A DNA stretch of 64,000 bases, from positions 2,947 to 66,946 of the forward strand of contig CANGZP010000004.1 in assembly GCA_947458475.1 (NCBI GenBank), given 5' to 3'. The notes under the pieces were generated by a model. That model worked only from the letters and a program-made list of their open reading frames with translations. It was not told the DNA's origin and made no database searches. Source of the stretch: Cyclobacteriaceae bacterium. Its GTDB lineage: Bacteria > Bacteroidota > Bacteroidia > Cytophagales > Cyclobacteriaceae. Position numbers and translations under genes: made by a program. Positions 60,346 through 64,000 of this stretch are shown one piece after another (positions within the stretch are counted from its first letter, which is position 1; every line of letters begins with the position of its first letter).

Positions 60346-61191
60346 TTAGAAAGTTAAAATACGCTCCCGAACCTGTTCCATGAGCCACATAGGCGTGGAA
60401 GTAGCTCCGCAGATGCCTACACTGTCCCCAGGAACAAACCAGCCCGCTTCAATTTGATCTGGATTGGAAACAAAAAAAGTGTGCTCGTTTTTCTCTTTGC
60501 AGACATTGTAAAGCACTTTTCCATTGGAGGACTTGGTGCCACTTACAAATACAATTTTGTCAAACTTTTCGGCAAAGCTTCGAAGCTCCTTGTCGCGGTT
60601 AGACACTTGTCGGCAGATGGTGTCGTTGGTGTTTACCGTGATTCCGTTTTCACGTAGAATCTCGTTGATTTCGTAAAACTTATCCGTGCTCTTCGTGGTC
60701 TGGCTGTACAGCGTGATGTTTTTGGGAAGGTTGGGAATATCCAATTCTGAAATATCTTGGAATACCACTGCCTTGTTATTGGTTTGTCCCAAAAGGCCAA
60801 TTACTTCCGCATGCCCATGCTTCCCGTAGATGTAGATGTTGTCTTCCTTATCGAAGGAATTTTTGATGCGGTTTTGAAGCTTCAGCACCACTGGGCAGCT
60901 GGCATCGATGAGCGTTAGGTTGTTTTTGATGGACAACTCGTAGGTCGAAGGCGGCTCTCCGTGTGCACGGATCAGTACCTTTTCATCGGTGAGTCCATGC
61001 AATTCACTATGGTCAATGATTTTGAGTCCCTTTCGGGTCAAGCGGCTGACTTCCTCGTCATTGTGCACGATGTCCCCCAGGCAATAGAGATAGCCTTGCT
61101 CCTCTAGGATTTCTTCCGCCATTTCGATGGCGTAGACTACCCCAAAGCAAAAGCCCGAATGATCATCTATTTGAACCTGTAGGTGTTTCAT
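60346..61191 (-). CDS. ispH: 4-hydroxy-3-methylbut-2-enyl diphosphate reductase (start moved to ATG 61191)
   Basis: GFCFGV, IVHN, AHG, DASCP, QTT, TIC, SSN, ATSTP. Confidence 0.94.
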   Translation of the reverse strand: MKHLQVQIDDHSGFCFGVVYAIEMAEEILEEQGYLYCLGDIVHNDEEVSRLTRKGLKIIDHSELHGLTDEKVLIRAHGEPPSTYELSIKNNLTLIDASCPVVLKLQNRIKNSFDKEDNIYIYGKHGHAEVIGLLGQTNNKAVVFQDISELDIPNLPKNITLYSQTTKSTDKFYEINEILRENGITVNTNDTICRQVSNRDKELRSFAEKFDKIVFVSGTKSSNGKVLYNVCKEKNEHTFFVSNPDQIEAGWFVPGDSVGICGATSTPMWLMEQVRERILTF

Positions 61192-61198
61192 GTTCCTA

Positions 61199-61906
61199 TT
61201 AACCACGATTTGGTGAAATTGTTTGCTTACTTCTGAGCCATTCAAAGAAGCTGATGTTCATCAGCAATAGAGTCAAAGAATAAATTAAATCCTCAATGGG
61301 TACCGTCCAAATTCGAATTCCTAGATTTTCTGCATTGTTGTAGATCACCACAGGCTCTTCGGTCAGTCCTCCCGTAAGGATGCCATTGCAAATCATCAGC
61401 GGGATAAGGTGCACGAGGTAAGCGAAAATAAAGCGACCCAAGTACTTTTCTTTGAAGACCAGGTAGTGGATCACTAGCGTGACTGCACCTACCAAGAAGT
61501 TGACCGAAGTATACCACTTGTCTAGGTGGAGGATGCTCATTACCAGTAGAAATGGAGCCAAAATCCAGACAAAGTATTTTCCGAAAGGAAGAAAATGATC
61601 TTTTGGGAAGAAATAGATCAATACTTCATAAATGAATACCGATGAAAAAGGGACAATAAAGAAAAATAGCCACTCTTCAATCGGGAGGTCTAGGAAGAAC
61701 CATCCCAGCACATACCTCGAGTTAAATTCCCATACGCCCAGGTTGGTAAACCAGATGTCCCAAACAATAAAGAAAGCAGCGGTCCCGAGCATGCCGGGGA
61801 ACAAGTATTTCCATTGGGTCGCATAGCGGATGCGGCGCTCAAAGGATTGCGCCAGTGGGTAGCTGATTGCAAAGAGGAGTACGCCTAGGTACAGGTACTT
61901 TTCCAT
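61199..61906 (-). CDS. crtY: Fusion-type lycopene beta-cyclase (CrtYcd)
   Basis: Two tandem cyclase domains with PIEE and PIED motifs. Confidence 0.85.
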   Translation of the reverse strand: MEKYLYLGVLLFAISYPLAQSFERRIRYATQWKYLFPGMLGTAAFFIVWDIWFTNLGVWEFNSRYVLGWFFLDLPIEEWLFFFIVPFSSVFIYEVLIYFFPKDHFLPFGKYFVWILAPFLLVMSILHLDKWYTSVNFLVGAVTLVIHYLVFKEKYLGRFIFAYLVHLIPLMICNGILTGGLTEEPVVIYNNAENLGIRIWTVPIEDLIYSLTLLLMNISFFEWLRSKQTISPNRG

Positions 61907-62748
61907 CAGGAGAAGCCCAATTTATTTTCCACATAGCTTCCAAAAAGGAGGGTCAGCTTCTTTGCATTGGGAATGCGCACGCGCTCCTGGGTAATGGTCT
62001 CTGGAGGAAGCTTTTTGATTTTATCAAATAGCTTTTGGTAGTACAAGTAAGCCACCTTCACTCCAAGTTTGGCTCCTGCTGGAAGGCCAGCAATCCCAAT
62101 CAAGGAATCGTCGAAGTCTTTTTGGATATCTTCTTCGATGAGCGTTTTGACGGAGGTGTCGAAGCGATTGAAATCTACTCCTGGAAAATAAACCCTTCCT
62201 CGCTCCTCGTAATCGCTTTTGATGTCTCGTAGGAAGTTTACCTTTTGAAAAGCTGCGCCCAATTTGCAGGCAGGTTCTCTCAGCCGTTGGTATTCGGCGT
62301 CATCTCCTTTGCAAAAAACCTTCAAACACATCAGCCCTACAACTTCAGCTGAGCCATAAATGTACTCGTGGTATTTCGAGTCGTTGTAGGTTTTGAAGTC
62401 CAAATCCATTGCCATGGAATGCAAAAATGCTTCGATGAGATCTAGATCGATTTTGTATTCGTTGACGATCAACTGAAAAGCATGCAAAACCGGATTCAAC
62501 GAAATTTTGGATTCGATGGCCTCGTAGGTGTCTTTTTTGAAGCGCTCCAAAAGTGCTTGCTTGTCCTGGTCATGAAACGTATCTACAATTTCATCTGCAT
62601 AGCGGACAAAACCATAAATGGCATATACGGGAAGATGAAACTCTTTCGCTAAGGTTTTTATCCCCAAGGTAAAACTAGTGCTGTAGCGCTCAGTGATGAG
62701 CTTACTGCACTCCAAGGTAGTTTGGTTATATAGAGAAATGGCGTCCAT
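61906..62748 (-). CDS. crtB: Phytoene synthase
   Basis: YSTSF, RYADEIVD, NFLRD, GRVYFP. Confidence 0.94.
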   Translation of the reverse strand: MDAISLYNQTTLECSKLITERYSTSFTLGIKTLAKEFHLPVYAIYGFVRYADEIVDTFHDQDKQALLERFKKDTYEAIESKISLNPVLHAFQLIVNEYKIDLDLIEAFLHSMAMDLDFKTYNDSKYHEYIYGSAEVVGLMCLKVFCKGDDAEYQRLREPACKLGAAFQKVNFLRDIKSDYEERGRVYFPGVDFNRFDTSVKTLIEEDIQKDFDDSLIGIAGLPAGAKLGVKVAYLYYQKLFDKIKKLPPETITQERVRIPNAKKLTLLFGSYVENKLGFS

Positions 62749-62769
62749 CTACGTAATATACCGCTTTGT

Positions 62770-63999
62770 TTACAAATTGTTTTCTTTCATCACCTCTTTT
62801 GCTACCACATGCCCTGAAATTAGGGAGGGAGGAACGCCAGGTCCTGGAACAGTCAATTGGCCTGTATAGTACAAGTTACTTACCTTTTTGCTCTTAAGAC
62901 TTGGCTTCAAAATGGCTGTTTGCAGGAGGGTATTGGCCAATCCATACGCATTGCCCTTGAAAGCATGGTAGTCCGACTTGAAATCGTTGTGTGCATAGGA
63001 TCGCTTGTAGACGATGTGCGAACGGATTTCTTGGCCCGTGATTTTTTCCAAGCGATCTAGGATCATGTGGAAGTATTTTTCACGCATCTCCTCCGTGTCT
63101 TCCAAATCTGGAGCGAGTGGAATGAGTAGAAATAGGTTTTCCATTCCTTCCGGAGCTACCGTAGGATCGGTGATGGAAGGGACAGATGCATAGAATAGGG
63201 GCTTTTCAGGCCACCTTGGGTTGGTGTAGATCGCATCGGCATGAGGACCGAGCGGCTCATCAAAGAATAAGTTGTGGTGCCTCAGGTTTTTCAGTCGCTT
63301 GTTTACGCCAAGGTAAAAAAGCAAGCTGGATGGAGCCATCACCCGCTTGTTCCAATAGTCTTCTGTATAGTTGCTGTAGGCAGGATCGAGTAGGTGCTTG
63401 TCCACGTGGTGGTAATCTGCTCCTGCTACGATGATGTCTGCTTGAATGGTTTCTCCGGAACGTAGTACTAGGCTTTGCGCTTTGCCGTTGACTACCTCAA
63501 TTTTTTCTACTTCCGCATTGTATTTGAACTGTACTCCTTTTTCTTCCGCCAAAGCGACCATGCCTTTGATGATCTCATGCATGCCTTTTTTGGGATACCA
63601 GGTGCCTAGCGCAATGTCTGCATAGTTCATCAAGCTGTACAGTGCAGGGATGTTATTGGCGGTTTCTCCGAGAAAAAGCACCGGAAACTCCATCAAGCGC
63701 ACAATTTTGTCGTGTGAAAAATAGCTGCGCACATGCTTGGACATGGACTGGAAGATGTCCATTCGGATCATGTCCAAGAGCAGGCCTGGAGAGGTAAACT
63801 CAAATAGGGAGCGGCTCGGTCGGTGCACGAGGTCGTGGATCCCCACTTCGTACTTGTATTTGGCTTGGGCAAGAAACTTATCCAAGTTGGCAGCTGCTCC
63901 AGGCTCAATGCCTTCGAGCATGGCTCTGAATTCGTTTAGATCGGCAGGAATGTCGAGCGTATCTTGCTCGCCATAGATGACTGCATAGGAAGGATCCAA
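62770..63999 (-). CDS. crtI: Phytoene desaturase, 5' truncated by window edge
   Basis: GNAYGLA, TVPGPGVPPSLISG; adjacent to crtB. Confidence 0.9.
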   Translation of the reverse strand: MDPSYAVIYGEQDTLDIPADLNEFRAMLEGIEPGAAANLDKFLAQAKYKYEVGIHDLVHRPSRSLFEFTSPGLLLDMIRMDIFQSMSKHVRSYFSHDKIVRLMEFPVLFLGETANNIPALYSLMNYADIALGTWYPKKGMHEIIKGMVALAEEKGVQFKYNAEVEKIEVVNGKAQSLVLRSGETIQADIIVAGADYHHVDKHLLDPAYSNYTEDYWNKRVMAPSSLLFYLGVNKRLKNLRHHNLFFDEPLGPHADAIYTNPRWPEKPLFYASVPSITDPTVAPEGMENLFLLIPLAPDLEDTEEMREKYFHMILDRLEKITGQEIRSHIVYKRSYAHNDFKSDYHAFKGNAYGLANTLLQTAILKPSLKSKKVSNLYYTGQLTVPGPGVPPSLISGHVVAKEVMKENNL

Positions 64000-64000
64000 G

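Overview
Mostly core chromosome of a Bacteroidota bacterium, very probably Cyclobacteriaceae (Algoriphagus-like). This rests on TAnnTTTG promoters, gldB and a crtI-crtB-crtYcd-ispH-crtW carotenoid cluster. Other contents: a beta-oxidation operon, mutS, tRNA-Gly/tRNA-Leu, a photolyase, lysA, a two-component pair, a Wzx/Wzy polysaccharide locus, nth, an AAA+/VWA pair, queG, gpmI, polA and radA. I found no CRISPR array, integrase, transposase or prophage. The most unusual signals are: (1) a dispersed, 7-nt-periodic intergenic element in three copies, into which 18-19 bp GC-rich palindromes have inserted, with an empty/filled pair visible inside the window; (2) a short glucan phosphorylase homologue whose PLP-binding lysine is replaced by Thr; (3) an AT-rich ATPase/PD-(D/E)xK nuclease gene beside tRNA-Leu with a structured upstream region; (4) three genes with apparently leaderless promoter geometry. 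All protein calls come from motif recognition by eye, not database searches.
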